From positions 1 to 64,000 of the IMG/VR virus record IMGVR_UViG_3300050821_024084: a stretch of 64,000 nt of DNA. One strand, written 5' to 3'. Each line of letters starts with the position of its first letter. Positions within the stretch are counted from its first letter, which is position 1. Positions 46,229-55,244 of the stretch are shown one piece after another. Both the position numbers and the translations under genes were made by a program. The stretch comes from a virus. The notes under the pieces were generated by a model. The model was not told the DNA's origin and ran no database searches. It saw only the letters and a program-made list of their open reading frames with translations.

Positions 46229-47204
46229 CATGGAACCAGATCGCCCCCCGGAGCTGATTGAAGGGCCGGGGGTGCAGGGGGAGCCGAAGGAGCTGCGCTC
46301 TGCCCTGCGCCTGACTCCTGCCGAGCAATGGCAGCTCATGATCCCGCAGATGGGCTACATGGCGCTACTGAGACAGCTGCGCGCGTTCGACAAGGCCGGA
46401 ATCCCGGAATCCGTCGCGAACAAGGTCGCGCAGCGGATTGCCGATCCCGCGCAGGTCGCACGCTCGCGACAGCTGCCGTTCCGGTTCTACTCGGCGTACA
46501 TCAACGCGCCGTCGCTCCGCTGGGGGCAGGCACTGGAGCAGGCTCTCCAGGCGTGTCTCCCGAATGTCCCCGAGCTGCCCGGCCGGACGCTGATCCTGAT
46601 CGACACCTCCGGCTCGATGGAGAGCTTCCTCTCCGAGCGACCCGACTCCCGGCCCCGACGGGGGAAGGGCCGCCGGGGCGGCAGCCCGGACGAGCCGCCG
46701 CCCGTCCGGCCGATGCGCGTCCAGGCAGCCGCTCTGCTCGGGCTGGCGCTCGCGCTGAAGAACCCGGAAGCTGTAGATGTCTGGGGTTTCGCTGACGGGC
46801 AGTTCCGGGTCACGGGCATCGGGCCGGGTCAGTCCCTGCTCAAGGCGGTGGAGGCGTTCAGCCGGTGCACCGGCAACGTCGGGCATGGTACGCAGATCGC
46901 GCTGGCGGCCCGGATGTGCTACGGCGCGCACGACCGGGTGTGCATCTTCACGGACATGCAGACCTTCGGGCCGGGCGGAGGATTCGGCTTCTACAGCTCC
47001 TACGGCGTCGGGGATGTCAGCGCGGCGGTGCCTGCGCGGGTGCCGGTCTACGCCTTCAACCTGGCGGGCTACGAGGCGTCGGCTATGCCCGTCGGCGGGG
47101 GCAACCGTCACGAGCTGGGCGGTCTCTCGGACGCGACGTTCACAATGATCCCGGTTATCGAGGCCGGGCGCTCGGCGCGCTGGCCGTGGGAACAAGCAGC
47201 ATGA
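46218..47204 (+). CDS. rsr: Ro60/Rsr C-terminal TROVE plus vWA part
   Basis: WQLMIPQMGYMALLRQLRAFDKAG, VARSRQLPFRFYSAY, TLILIDTSGSM, HDRVCIFTDMQ, YAFNLAGY, GGLSDATF. Confidence 0.88.
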   Translation: MKGDMEPDRPPELIEGPGVQGEPKELRSALRLTPAEQWQLMIPQMGYMALLRQLRAFDKAGIPESVANKVAQRIADPAQVARSRQLPFRFYSAYINAPSLRWGQALEQALQACLPNVPELPGRTLILIDTSGSMESFLSERPDSRPRRGKGRRGGSPDEPPPVRPMRVQAAALLGLALALKNPEAVDVWGFADGQFRVTGIGPGQSLLKAVEAFSRCTGNVGHGTQIALAARMCYGAHDRVCIFTDMQTFGPGGGFGFYSSYGVGDVSAAVPARVPVYAFNLAGYEASAMPVGGGNRHELGGLSDATFTMIPVIEAGRSARWPWEQAA

Positions 47205-47550
47205 CGCGCGGGGACCGCTATACTGTAAGCAGCATGCGGTCCCCGCATTATGAGGAGGAAAGCAGTGATCCAGGACATCGAGACCACCCCGCTGCGCGGC
47301 AGGCGCGTGATCTGGACCGGCAGCAATCAGGATGAGATGCGCGAGGTGGCGGGCTACCGGTTCCAGGGCGTGTGGGAGTCCATGGCACTTGTTGCCAGCA
47401 TGGCAGGCGATACTACGCATCTGCCCGTCGGCTGGGCGGTGCAGGTCTTCGAGAACGGCAACTGGGTCTCCGGGCCGGAAGTCACGCTGAGCGCTTACAC
47501 GCAGCTGCGCGTCCCGCAGGACGCATGACCGGCACTCAGGAAGGAACCGA

Positions 47551-48042
47551 ATGAAAGACGCTAACACGGCGGTGGTGCTCGATCTGGATAGCACGCTTGC
47601 CGACGTCCGGCACCGACGTGGTCTGCTGCCGCTCGTGAATCCGGCGAGCACCTGGGAGGAGTACTCGCTCGCCTGCGACGGCGACAGCCCGATCCCGGAA
47701 ACATTCGCCCTGATGAACGCGCTGTGGCCGCTGCATCAGATCCACATCATCAGCGGGCGGCACGAGATCGCGATGGACAAGACGGTGCGCTGGCTGGCGC
47801 ACTGCCGGGGCCGGTACGACTTCCTCCAGCTGCGCACCGACGGTGGTCAGGGGGGATGGACCGCCAACGGCCGGTTCAAGGTCGACTACATCTCGCAGCT
47901 GGAAGATTCCGGCGTGCGTGTCCTGCTGTACGTGGAGGACTACCCGGATGTTGTCCAGCAGGTCCGGGTCGAATGCGAGATCCCGGTCCTGCATGTCCGC
48001 ACGGCCAGTGCGGAGGACAACATCCCAGATCCGGGCCGGTGA
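47551..48042 (+). CDS. HAD phosphatase, polynucleotide kinase/phosphatase (PseT) 3'-phosphatase type
   Basis: VVLDLDSTLAD, D.PI, IISGR, TVRWL, FKVD, YVED. Confidence 0.8.
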   Translation: MKDANTAVVLDLDSTLADVRHRRGLLPLVNPASTWEEYSLACDGDSPIPETFALMNALWPLHQIHIISGRHEIAMDKTVRWLAHCRGRYDFLQLRTDGGQGGWTANGRFKVDYISQLEDSGVRVLLYVEDYPDVVQQVRVECEIPVLHVRTASAEDNIPDPGR

Positions 48043-48045
48043 CGC

Positions 48046-48408
48046 GTGATCTGGTGCTTTCTCTCGGTGCTCCAGGTGGGTGTCTACGGCTGGTTTGCGC
48101 GCTGCCAGATGCAGGATCCGGGAAGCTATCGAGCGTGGGTGGCTGACGGGGCAGCGTCGATTGTGACGCTGGGAACCGGGGTTGCTCTCAGTACCACCGG
48201 TTACCCCCTGCTGCGTGTCTACGGCGCAGGGATGGCCTTGTTCGCGATATTCCTGCTCAGGCGCTGGTGGAAAAAGCGCCCGCCGCGTCAGCGCACGGGC
48301 GCTGGCGCTCTGCTCGGCGCGAAGTCTCGCGCGATGCGCGAGGCCGTGCTTCGCAAGATGCGTGAGGCCGGGGACGGTCTGCGACGGCCCCTGCCGGTGC
48401 CCGCGTGA
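48046..48408 (+). CDS. Membrane protein
   Basis: Three hydrophobic segments and a basic tail. Confidence 0.55.
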   Translation: MIWCFLSVLQVGVYGWFARCQMQDPGSYRAWVADGAASIVTLGTGVALSTTGYPLLRVYGAGMALFAIFLLRRWWKKRPPRQRTGAGALLGAKSRAMREAVLRKMREAGDGLRRPLPVPA

Positions 48409-48744
48409 GCGCGGCGGCTACCGGTCTGCTCGCGCTCATTGCATGCCTGACGCTTCGCTACGGCCTGAACCTGATCCTGTCTCGCAGGGAGCTGCGCAGA
48501 CGCGTGCTGGATCTGTGCGATGCGGTGGTGCGGGGCCTGAATGACAGGGAGAATCCAGACGGGGCGCCCGTGCAGGGCGTGACGCATGTGGTCAAGACCA
48601 GGACCCGGCCTGCCTACTGGATAGCCGTCCGCGCGGCACGCGGACGTCCCGTGCATGTCTGGGGCGGCTGGACCTGGCATGCAGATGTAACACGCATCAC
48701 GCCGGACGTCGTGCAGAAGAGAAAGCGAGTGCTATAGTAACCAC

Positions 48745-49359
48745 GTGACGGATGATCTGCACGCGCAGCTCGCGGACTGCATTACGCAGATCATTCCTGT
48801 CGTCCGGCAGCTTCAGATGGCTATGCTGCGTACCTCCGTCCCCGCCGGGACGGGGGTGCGCGTGCATGCGGGGACTGGCAGCCGACCCCCCTGGAATGGC
48901 GCGGCGGCTCTGACCGTGCTCGAATTGCATGCGCTGGTCCGCGCCCTGGAAAAGGAGCTGCGCGACGCACGCGGACTGTCCGCGCGTCTGCGCGGCAGCA
49001 GCGACGCGAATACCGAGGCGGCCCTGAACGCCATTCCTGATCTGCTGACCGCGCTGCCCGTCCCGGAGGGAGCGCGCGTGCTGCGCGTGCTGACACGCTG
49101 GCTGCGCGGCGCACGGACCGTCCTGGGGGATCTGGAGCTGCCGCGCCGGCTGCCGCGTGTCAAGGGCGCAGGTGAGCCGCGCTGTCCGTTCTGCACATTC
49201 CAGACTCTGCGGATGTGGGCGCTGGAAGGCATTGTCCGATGCTTGAATCCGGTGTGCACGGATGCAGAAGGGCGGCATCCCGTGGCGAGAATGGAATTCA
49301 GCTCCTTTACCGGGGAGCTGGAGCTTATCTGGCAAGATGGAGGGGTAGGACTGTCATGA
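48745..49359 (+). CDS. Hypothetical protein with zinc ribbon
   Basis: GSRPPWN...RCPFC..TL...VRCLNPVC. Confidence 0.65.
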   Translation: MTDDLHAQLADCITQIIPVVRQLQMAMLRTSVPAGTGVRVHAGTGSRPPWNGAAALTVLELHALVRALEKELRDARGLSARLRGSSDANTEAALNAIPDLLTALPVPEGARVLRVLTRWLRGARTVLGDLELPRRLPRVKGAGEPRCPFCTFQTLRMWALEGIVRCLNPVCTDAEGRHPVARMEFSSFTGELELIWQDGGVGLS

Positions 49360-49592
49360 GAACCTTCCGGGGCTACCGGCCCGCCCCGCCGGAGGAGTAC
49401 ACGGCGAAAGGCATCACCAATAATGGCGAGATGCCCGACTACGAAGGCATCATGTTCAGCGACGGGACGCTGTGCGTGCGCTGGCTGACGCAGTACCGGT
49501 CGCATTCAGTGTGGGAGAGCTGGGAAGCGTTCTACCATGTGCACGGGCATCCCGAGTACGGGACCCGGATCGAGTGGGACCGTGAGCGCTGA
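49356..49592 (+). CDS. Small phage hypothetical protein
   Basis: EGIMFSDGT..VRWLT..SHSVW...HGH...TRIEW. Confidence 0.6.
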   Translation: MRTFRGYRPAPPEEYTAKGITNNGEMPDYEGIMFSDGTLCVRWLTQYRSHSVWESWEAFYHVHGHPEYGTRIEWDRER

Positions 49593-49594
49593 TC

Positions 49595-49846
49595 GTGAGC
49601 TGGTCCGGATGCGAGCTGCCGCTGATTGACGGCGACTGGCAGGGACTCTGGACCACAGCCGAGGCGGCGGCGCTGCTGGGGCCGCCCGTGCTGACCGAGC
49701 GTCAGGTCCGGGAGATGGTCCGTCAGCAGGGGGTGCGTCCCGCCGGACGCCGGAAAGACAGCGGAGCGTCCCGGCGCTACCTGCGCGTCTACCGGGTACC
49801 GGAGCTTATCCGCGCCTACGACGCGTTGGCGACGCCCGCCGCGTAG
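49595..49846 (+). CDS. Small HTH-like DNA-binding protein
   Basis: LWTTAEAAALLGPP.LTERQVR...RVY. Confidence 0.55.
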   Translation: MSWSGCELPLIDGDWQGLWTTAEAAALLGPPVLTERQVREMVRQQGVRPAGRRKDSGASRRYLRVYRVPELIRAYDALATPAA

Positions 49847-50106
49847 CCAACCGGTCAGCCTCGCAAGAAGCGAGGCTGCTACCTGCGGAAACAATAATTT
49901 TTTGCGTTTTGCTGCGGCGCGGTTGCTACCGCTGTAAAGTACGTGGCATACTAATGCCAACGGGCGAGCTGTCTTTGCTGCCGGGTTGGCGTTAGTGCCA
50001 GGCCCCGGCCGCAGCGCATCTGCCCTGACCCTGCCGACAGCAGCGGAACTCCCGGGACGCAGAAGTTCCCGCGCAGCGCGCGGGAACTGACCAGGAGCAT
50101 CCACGG

Positions 50107-50823
50107 ATGTCGGTACTGCGTGTTTCCAGCGTGACGGCCGGCCTCGCCAGCATCCTCATGATGGCGATGGCATTCGCAAGTTCTCCGGCTCACGCAAGCG
50201 TCCGGCCACAGACTGCGGTGCACACCACGACCCTGGACGTCCAGGGGGTGCAGCGCGACCGGACGAGCTTGTCAGCAGGTCCGCATGTGAAAATCGTCGT
50301 CAGCGGTAACACGCTGAGCGGCATCGCTGAGCAGAAGTACGGCAATCCGGCCTGCTGGCCGGGTGTCTACGATGCGAACAAGAAGACGATCGGGTCCGAC
50401 CCGGACGTCATCACCGTCGGGGAGCGGCTGACCCTGCCCGCTGCCTGCGACACCACCCCGCCCGTTGAGGTGACCGCCGTCGTGAAGAAGACGGTCCCGG
50501 TGCACAGCGGCGCGACGGAGACTGTATCTGCGGCCAGGAGCGGCAGCTTCTACGCAGACGTCCTGACCAGAAGCCAGGTCGAGGCGCTGTGGGAGGACGA
50601 GGGCGGTCCGGCCGGTGATGCGGTCGAGGCGGCGGATATCGCCTACTGCGAGTCCGGCTGGAACCGGTTCGCTTACAATCCCTCGGGAGCGACGGGCATC
50701 TGGCAGATCCTGGGCGCTGTCGCACCCGGGAACCTGACCGACCCGTACGTCAACGCCCGGAATGCAGTCGTGAAATTCGACAATGCCGGGCATTCCTTCG
50801 CGCCATGGGTGTGCAAGGCGTAA
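50107..50823 (+). CDS. Secreted LysM plus lytic-transglycosylase-like protein
   Basis: Signal peptide; LysM VVSGNTLSGIA...VYDAN..IG.DPDVI.VG.RL.LP; lysozyme-like AYCESG.N..AYNPSGATGIWQI. Confidence 0.85.
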   Translation: MSVLRVSSVTAGLASILMMAMAFASSPAHASVRPQTAVHTTTLDVQGVQRDRTSLSAGPHVKIVVSGNTLSGIAEQKYGNPACWPGVYDANKKTIGSDPDVITVGERLTLPAACDTTPPVEVTAVVKKTVPVHSGATETVSAARSGSFYADVLTRSQVEALWEDEGGPAGDAVEAADIAYCESGWNRFAYNPSGATGIWQILGAVAPGNLTDPYVNARNAVVKFDNAGHSFAPWVCKA

Positions 50824-50915
50824 CAGGGTTACGCTCGCAGGGCGAGCGCACCTGGTACAACTGAATACGCCGCACACCCTCGCAGGACCCGGTACTCTGT
50901 GCCGGGTCCTGTGCT

Positions 50916-51617
50916 ATGCTCAGGAACGTGGATAAGATCGAGCGCGTGAAAATCACCCGGCTGAAGCCATTCCCGGGTAATCCCCGCCGGGGGAACACGG
51001 AGGCGATCGCCGCCTCCTTGCAAGAGCACGGCCTGTACAAGCCGCTCATCGCGCAGCGCAGCACCGGGCACGTGATGGTCGGGAACAACACGCTGGACGC
51101 CGCGCAGCAGCTCGGCTGGACCGAGATCGACGTCATCTACAAGGACGTCGACGATGACCGGGCGCAGCGCATCATGCTGGTGGACAACAAGACCAGCGAC
51201 GAGGCCGACTACGACATGGTGCTGCTGTCAGTCCTCATAGACGCGCTGGAAAATGACTACACCGGCACCGGGTACGACCCGGAAGAAGCCGAGCAGCTCA
51301 TCGCCCTGCGGCATGCGCTGGCAGCCGACGGGGAAGCCGCCGATGAGCTGATCGAGCTGACCGAGGTTCCCGCGACTGGCGCGGCCTACGCCGAGACCCC
51401 GTATCAGGAAGCCGCCCGTGCCGAGCGGCAGGCCCAGCAGACCCCCCGGCAGATCGCCGGGATGCGCGAGATCTTCCTGGTGTACCCGGAAGATGAGCAC
51501 CGGGAGGTCACGGAGCTGCTAGCTCAGCTCCGGGAGGCGTGGGGGGAGGACATCCGCGCGCCGCAGATGGTGCTCCGGCTGCTGCGAGAAGCTGTCGCAG
51601 CCCTGGCTGTGCGGTAA
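50916..51617 (+). CDS. ParB/Srx N-terminal domain protein
   Basis: LKPFPGNPRRGN..AIAASL.EHG..KPL...VMVGN...AAQQLGW...LVDNK. Confidence 0.85.
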   Translation: MLRNVDKIERVKITRLKPFPGNPRRGNTEAIAASLQEHGLYKPLIAQRSTGHVMVGNNTLDAAQQLGWTEIDVIYKDVDDDRAQRIMLVDNKTSDEADYDMVLLSVLIDALENDYTGTGYDPEEAEQLIALRHALAADGEAADELIELTEVPATGAAYAETPYQEAARAERQAQQTPRQIAGMREIFLVYPEDEHREVTELLAQLREAWGEDIRAPQMVLRLLREAVAALAVR

Positions 51618-51627
51618 GCTGGGGACC

Positions 51628-52536
51628 ATGCAACTAGGAATGCAGGTCAGCGAGCTGTGGGACGACTACGTCCGGTTTCACCGGCTCGCTCTGGAAACTC
51701 GTGACGTGGATCCCGTCTACCCGGTGCTCCGCCGGATATGTGACACCCAGGACTGGAGCACCGAGAAACGCGTTCAGGCGGTGCTCGCGCATGTCACGTA
51801 CTACGATCTCGGCTCCGCGCTGCTGGCGCTGGAGACCGGCGACTGGCGCAAGCGCCCGATGGGCACGGAGCGTCGCAATCTGTTCCCGGACGAGCAGCTG
51901 GGCAAGCACCTGATCTCGACAGAGAAGGAAGTCGTTTTCTACGGCGGATACGTGCGCTGGCTCGGGGACGATCTGTCCGGCACGGACCGTCAGGGCAACT
52001 GGCGCATCGTCACCGAGCGGCTGCTGCGCGTGCACGGCAACGGTCGATGGGCCGCGTACAAGACATGCGAGATGCTCGCGGAGATCGCGGATTTCCCGCT
52101 CGACGCCCCGGACATGGGGCATGCCTACTCCACCGGTCCCCGGCAGGGCCTGAATCTGCTGTATCCCGCTGCGCGTCTGGTACGCGGCATGCGCCCGGAC
52201 GCCATCAGCGCGCTGGACGCCTACAGTACCCGGCTGTGCGCCCGGCTGGAAGATGCGGGACTCCCGGCGCGCATCGCCCAGACCGAGACCACGCTCTGCG
52301 ACTTCCACGGTCTGGTAACAGGCCGGTACTACGTCGGGCATGACATTGATCTCATGCAGAAACAGCTCCTGAAGGCGGGGGAGGCCGGGGGGGATCTGGT
52401 GGAAGCAGCCTGGCGCGCACGGCTGGCGGTACTGCCGGCGAGCTACCTGGGGGAGGTAGGCCGTCGCTGGGAGGGACCGGACCGGCTGCGCAAGCTGGCG
52501 TACCGGCGCACGGGGGAGATCCTCACGCGTGACTGA
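51628..52536 (+). CDS. Amino acid:DNA transferase (aGPT-Pplase-like, HhH glycosylase fold)
   Basis: DVDPVYPVL, GTERR, GNGRWAAYKTCEML, GPRQGL, ETTLCDF...GRYYVGHDID. Confidence 0.8.
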   Translation: MQLGMQVSELWDDYVRFHRLALETRDVDPVYPVLRRICDTQDWSTEKRVQAVLAHVTYYDLGSALLALETGDWRKRPMGTERRNLFPDEQLGKHLISTEKEVVFYGGYVRWLGDDLSGTDRQGNWRIVTERLLRVHGNGRWAAYKTCEMLAEIADFPLDAPDMGHAYSTGPRQGLNLLYPAARLVRGMRPDAISALDAYSTRLCARLEDAGLPARIAQTETTLCDFHGLVTGRYYVGHDIDLMQKQLLKAGEAGGDLVEAAWRARLAVLPASYLGEVGRRWEGPDRLRKLAYRRTGEILTRD

Positions 52537-53404
52537 CGGCTGGACATACGGCGTCGAGCTGGAGTGGCCGGATGTTGACGTCCGGACGGAGCTGCCGGAC
52601 GAATGGGCGTGGTCAGCCACGGACTACACCGTGGTCAGTTCCGACGGCATAGCGAACGATCCTAAACGCGAGCTGATCCTGCACGGCGGGGAGCTGAACT
52701 CCCCGGTGTGCCGGTCGCCGGAAGAACTGAGCGAGCGCAGCCTGGAGCTGGCCGAGCTGCTCCGGCCGGGCCGGAACTACCGCTCCAATCTGCATATCCA
52801 CCTTGCGATGCCGGAGCTGGAGAACCTGGAGCTGCTCAAGCAAGCAGCGGATTTCACCTGGCGTGAGCTGCCGCGCACGCTGGAGGTCATGGATCCGCTG
52901 CGGATGCTGCTCAACGGCCTGACTGATACTGATGAGATTGCCGGAGCGGAGAAGCGGATGGCGCATTCTGCGCGGTCCCGGCACTACTTCACCAGCCGGA
53001 CGCGTCACCTGATGCGGATGCAGGCCCGGTCGCGAGAGGAATTCCTCCGGGCGGAAGTGCCGCTGCGCAAGCGCGACGGTGCGCCGCAGTGGCAGCTCGC
53101 CCCGCGCGAGGCGGTGAACTTCCGGTCGCTGCGCAAGCACGGGACCGTGGAGTTCCGGTTCTTTGCCGGGGATGACCGGGGCCACGGCGTGCGGGCAGCG
53201 GCGAGCTTCGCGCGGGACTGGATGCGCTGCGCCTGCGAGGACAATAAGGGCTTCGAGGTGCCGTACTGGGATGAGCTGCCGGTGCAGCTCCCGTTCGAGC
53301 TGCGGCTTGAGCGGGGCTGGGCCTGGACCAATCTCCAGCACAATTCGCGTGACACGGTTCGACAGCGCCTGGCTGATATGGGTAAGCTGGATGCATGTAC
53401 GTGA
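52529..53404 (+). CDS. Amidoligase-family enzyme
   Basis: TYGVELEW, GGELNSP, NLHIH, VNFRSL.KHGTVEFRFF. Confidence 0.8.
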   Translation: MTDGWTYGVELEWPDVDVRTELPDEWAWSATDYTVVSSDGIANDPKRELILHGGELNSPVCRSPEELSERSLELAELLRPGRNYRSNLHIHLAMPELENLELLKQAADFTWRELPRTLEVMDPLRMLLNGLTDTDEIAGAEKRMAHSARSRHYFTSRTRHLMRMQARSREEFLRAEVPLRKRDGAPQWQLAPREAVNFRSLRKHGTVEFRFFAGDDRGHGVRAAASFARDWMRCACEDNKGFEVPYWDELPVQLPFELRLERGWAWTNLQHNSRDTVRQRLADMGKLDACT

Positions 53405-53805
53405 TGGTCGTCTGCGCCGGGAATGTCGCTCGCAGTCCTGCGCTGGCCTGCCTGCTCCAGGCGTCCCGGGCGGATCTGCGAGTGGAATCAGCTGGCGTCG
53501 GCCGCAAGGCTGTTGCCGGCCTGCGGATGAAGAAGCCGATGCGCGGGCTGCTCACGCAGGCGGGCTACGCGGAATTCGCGCAGGCGCATCGCAGTCGGCT
53601 GATAGCCGATCTGCCAGAGCGCCCGGATCTGTGTATCGCGGTCGGTGTCCCGCAGATGCGACGCCTGGAAGAGCTGCTGCCGGACGTGCCCCGGCAGGCG
53701 TGCGATCCGCTGATTCCTGACCCGGCCTACGGAGATCAGGTCTCCTACGACCGGGCCTGGACGTGTATCCTGGAGAACGCCGCCCGGCTGGCGGTGGCCC
53801 TGTGA
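53395..53805 (+). CDS. Low-molecular-weight phosphatase (LMW-PTP/ArsC fold)
   Basis: VCAGNVARSP, SAG, IPDPAY. Confidence 0.85.
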   Translation: MYVMVVCAGNVARSPALACLLQASRADLRVESAGVGRKAVAGLRMKKPMRGLLTQAGYAEFAQAHRSRLIADLPERPDLCIAVGVPQMRRLEELLPDVPRQACDPLIPDPAYGDQVSYDRAWTCILENAARLAVAL

Positions 53806-54638
53806 AGCTTATCGTGGTGGGGGCAGGCATCGCCGGGTCGGCCCTGTGCCAGCTCGCTGAAGAGCGCGGGCACGACGTGACGCTGGTGTCGGACGGCGTG
53901 CCGGACAGCCTGGCGGCGACGGCGGTGCTGCGGCGCGGTTACCATGCGGGCAAGCCGGACCAGCTGGCGGCCCTGGACTACGCCCTGGACTGCTACCAGC
54001 GGTGGGGGGTGCCGGTGCGCCGGGGCGGGCTAGGGCAGAGCTACCGGCGGCTCGGGGATGAGCCGGTGGCAGATGAGGACTGGCTCCTGCTGGACCCCGC
54101 CGCTCCGCTGGCGGAACCCGACGTGCGCGCTGAGATCCTGACGGTGAAGAACGGGACGGCGTGGCTCGGGGCGGGCCGGTCGCTGGAAGGCGATGCTGTT
54201 GTTGTCGCAACCGGTGCCCGGGAGGGCAATCTCCAGGCGACAGGGAGCGTCACCTGGGGCGTCACCCTGGTGCACAGCCATCCGGAGGCGCTGCGCGACG
54301 AGCAGATCCGCATCTACCAGTGGGCCCCGTACCGGACGATCGTCGCCGGGGTAGTGAACGGGGAAGCCCGGGTGGGCTCGTCATCGGCCCGGAGCCCGGA
54401 TGCGGCCCGGAACCAGATGACCAAGATGCTGGAGAAAGCCTGGGGTCTGGGCTGGCTGACCACGCGAAAAAGCTGGGGCGAGGTGCTGGGCGCGCGACTG
54501 AAGACCGAGCAGCTGTCCTGGCGGGATCCTGAGGACGGGGCCTGGCGGCTGGCCGGGTTCCACCGGACCGGCTATGCGCTAGCTCCGGCTGCGGCACGTG
54601 ATCTGCTGAGCGAGATCGAGTTGACGGTCAGCGGGTAA
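53802..54638 (+). CDS. FAD-dependent oxidoreductase (DAO/glycine oxidase-like)
   Basis: IVVGAGIAG, VVVATGA, G.R, GFHRTGYALAP. Confidence 0.8.
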   Translation: MKLIVVGAGIAGSALCQLAEERGHDVTLVSDGVPDSLAATAVLRRGYHAGKPDQLAALDYALDCYQRWGVPVRRGGLGQSYRRLGDEPVADEDWLLLDPAAPLAEPDVRAEILTVKNGTAWLGAGRSLEGDAVVVATGAREGNLQATGSVTWGVTLVHSHPEALRDEQIRIYQWAPYRTIVAGVVNGEARVGSSSARSPDAARNQMTKMLEKAWGLGWLTTRKSWGEVLGARLKTEQLSWRDPEDGAWRLAGFHRTGYALAPAAARDLLSEIELTVSG

Positions 54639-54656
54639 TCTGCTAGTCTCGGGTAT

Positions 54657-55244
54657 GTGTACCTGGTATACCTGACGGGAGCGCCTGCGACCGGGAAATC
54701 CTCGCTGATGGCCCGGCTGACGAACGGTCTCACGCGCGTGCCGCAGCTGGCAGACGGCGTGGTTCCGTACGAGGAGCTGCTGGCTCCTGACGGGCGGATG
54801 ACCGGTGTGGAGCTCGGCAAGCGCCGGGAGCGATTCTCCGGCACGGACGCGATGGCGTACAGCATCATGCCGAAGGTCTGCGCCTGGGTGGAGCGCTCCA
54901 TGCGCGAGCTGATGCTGGGCGAGGGCGATCGCCTGTCCAGCATGAAGTTCCTGACTGCTGCTGAGAAGGCGGGCTACGAGATACATCTCGTGCATCTGAG
55001 TGCCCGGCAGTCCGTGCTGGACGAGCGCTGCGAGGCACGAGGAAGCCGCCAGTCCCGGCACTGGCGCATCGGGCGCGTCACGATGGCTGTCCGCCTGGCG
55101 GCTCACGCAGAAGCTGCCGGGCACACGGTGCACACGCTGGATGCCGAGCGCCCGCTTGATGAGCTGGTGCGTGAGATGCGGGAGCAGATGCCGTTCCTGC
55201 TGGAACTGGGGAACGCCGATGATCCGGTTGCGACTCGCCACTAG
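54657..55244 (+). CDS. P-loop kinase, 5-hydroxymethyluracil-DNA kinase type
   Basis: YLTGAPATGKSSLM, ELGK....FSGTDAM, LGEGDRL, RC..RGS.Q. Confidence 0.78.
   Translation: MYLVYLTGAPATGKSSLMARLTNGLTRVPQLADGVVPYEELLAPDGRMTGVELGKRRERFSGTDAMAYSIMPKVCAWVERSMRELMLGEGDRLSSMKFLTAAEKAGYEIHLVHLSARQSVLDERCEARGSRQSRHWRIGRVTMAVRLAAHAEAAGHTVHTLDAERPLDELVREMREQMPFLLELGNADDPVATRH

Noticed and set aside
49950-50106. c-di-AMP (ydaO) riboswitch upstream of the LysM/transglycosylase gene
   Set aside because: The context is suggestive, but I could not find the conserved GCCGAATCC/GGGGTGAAT/CCCGAACCCGTCAGCTAAC-type segments.
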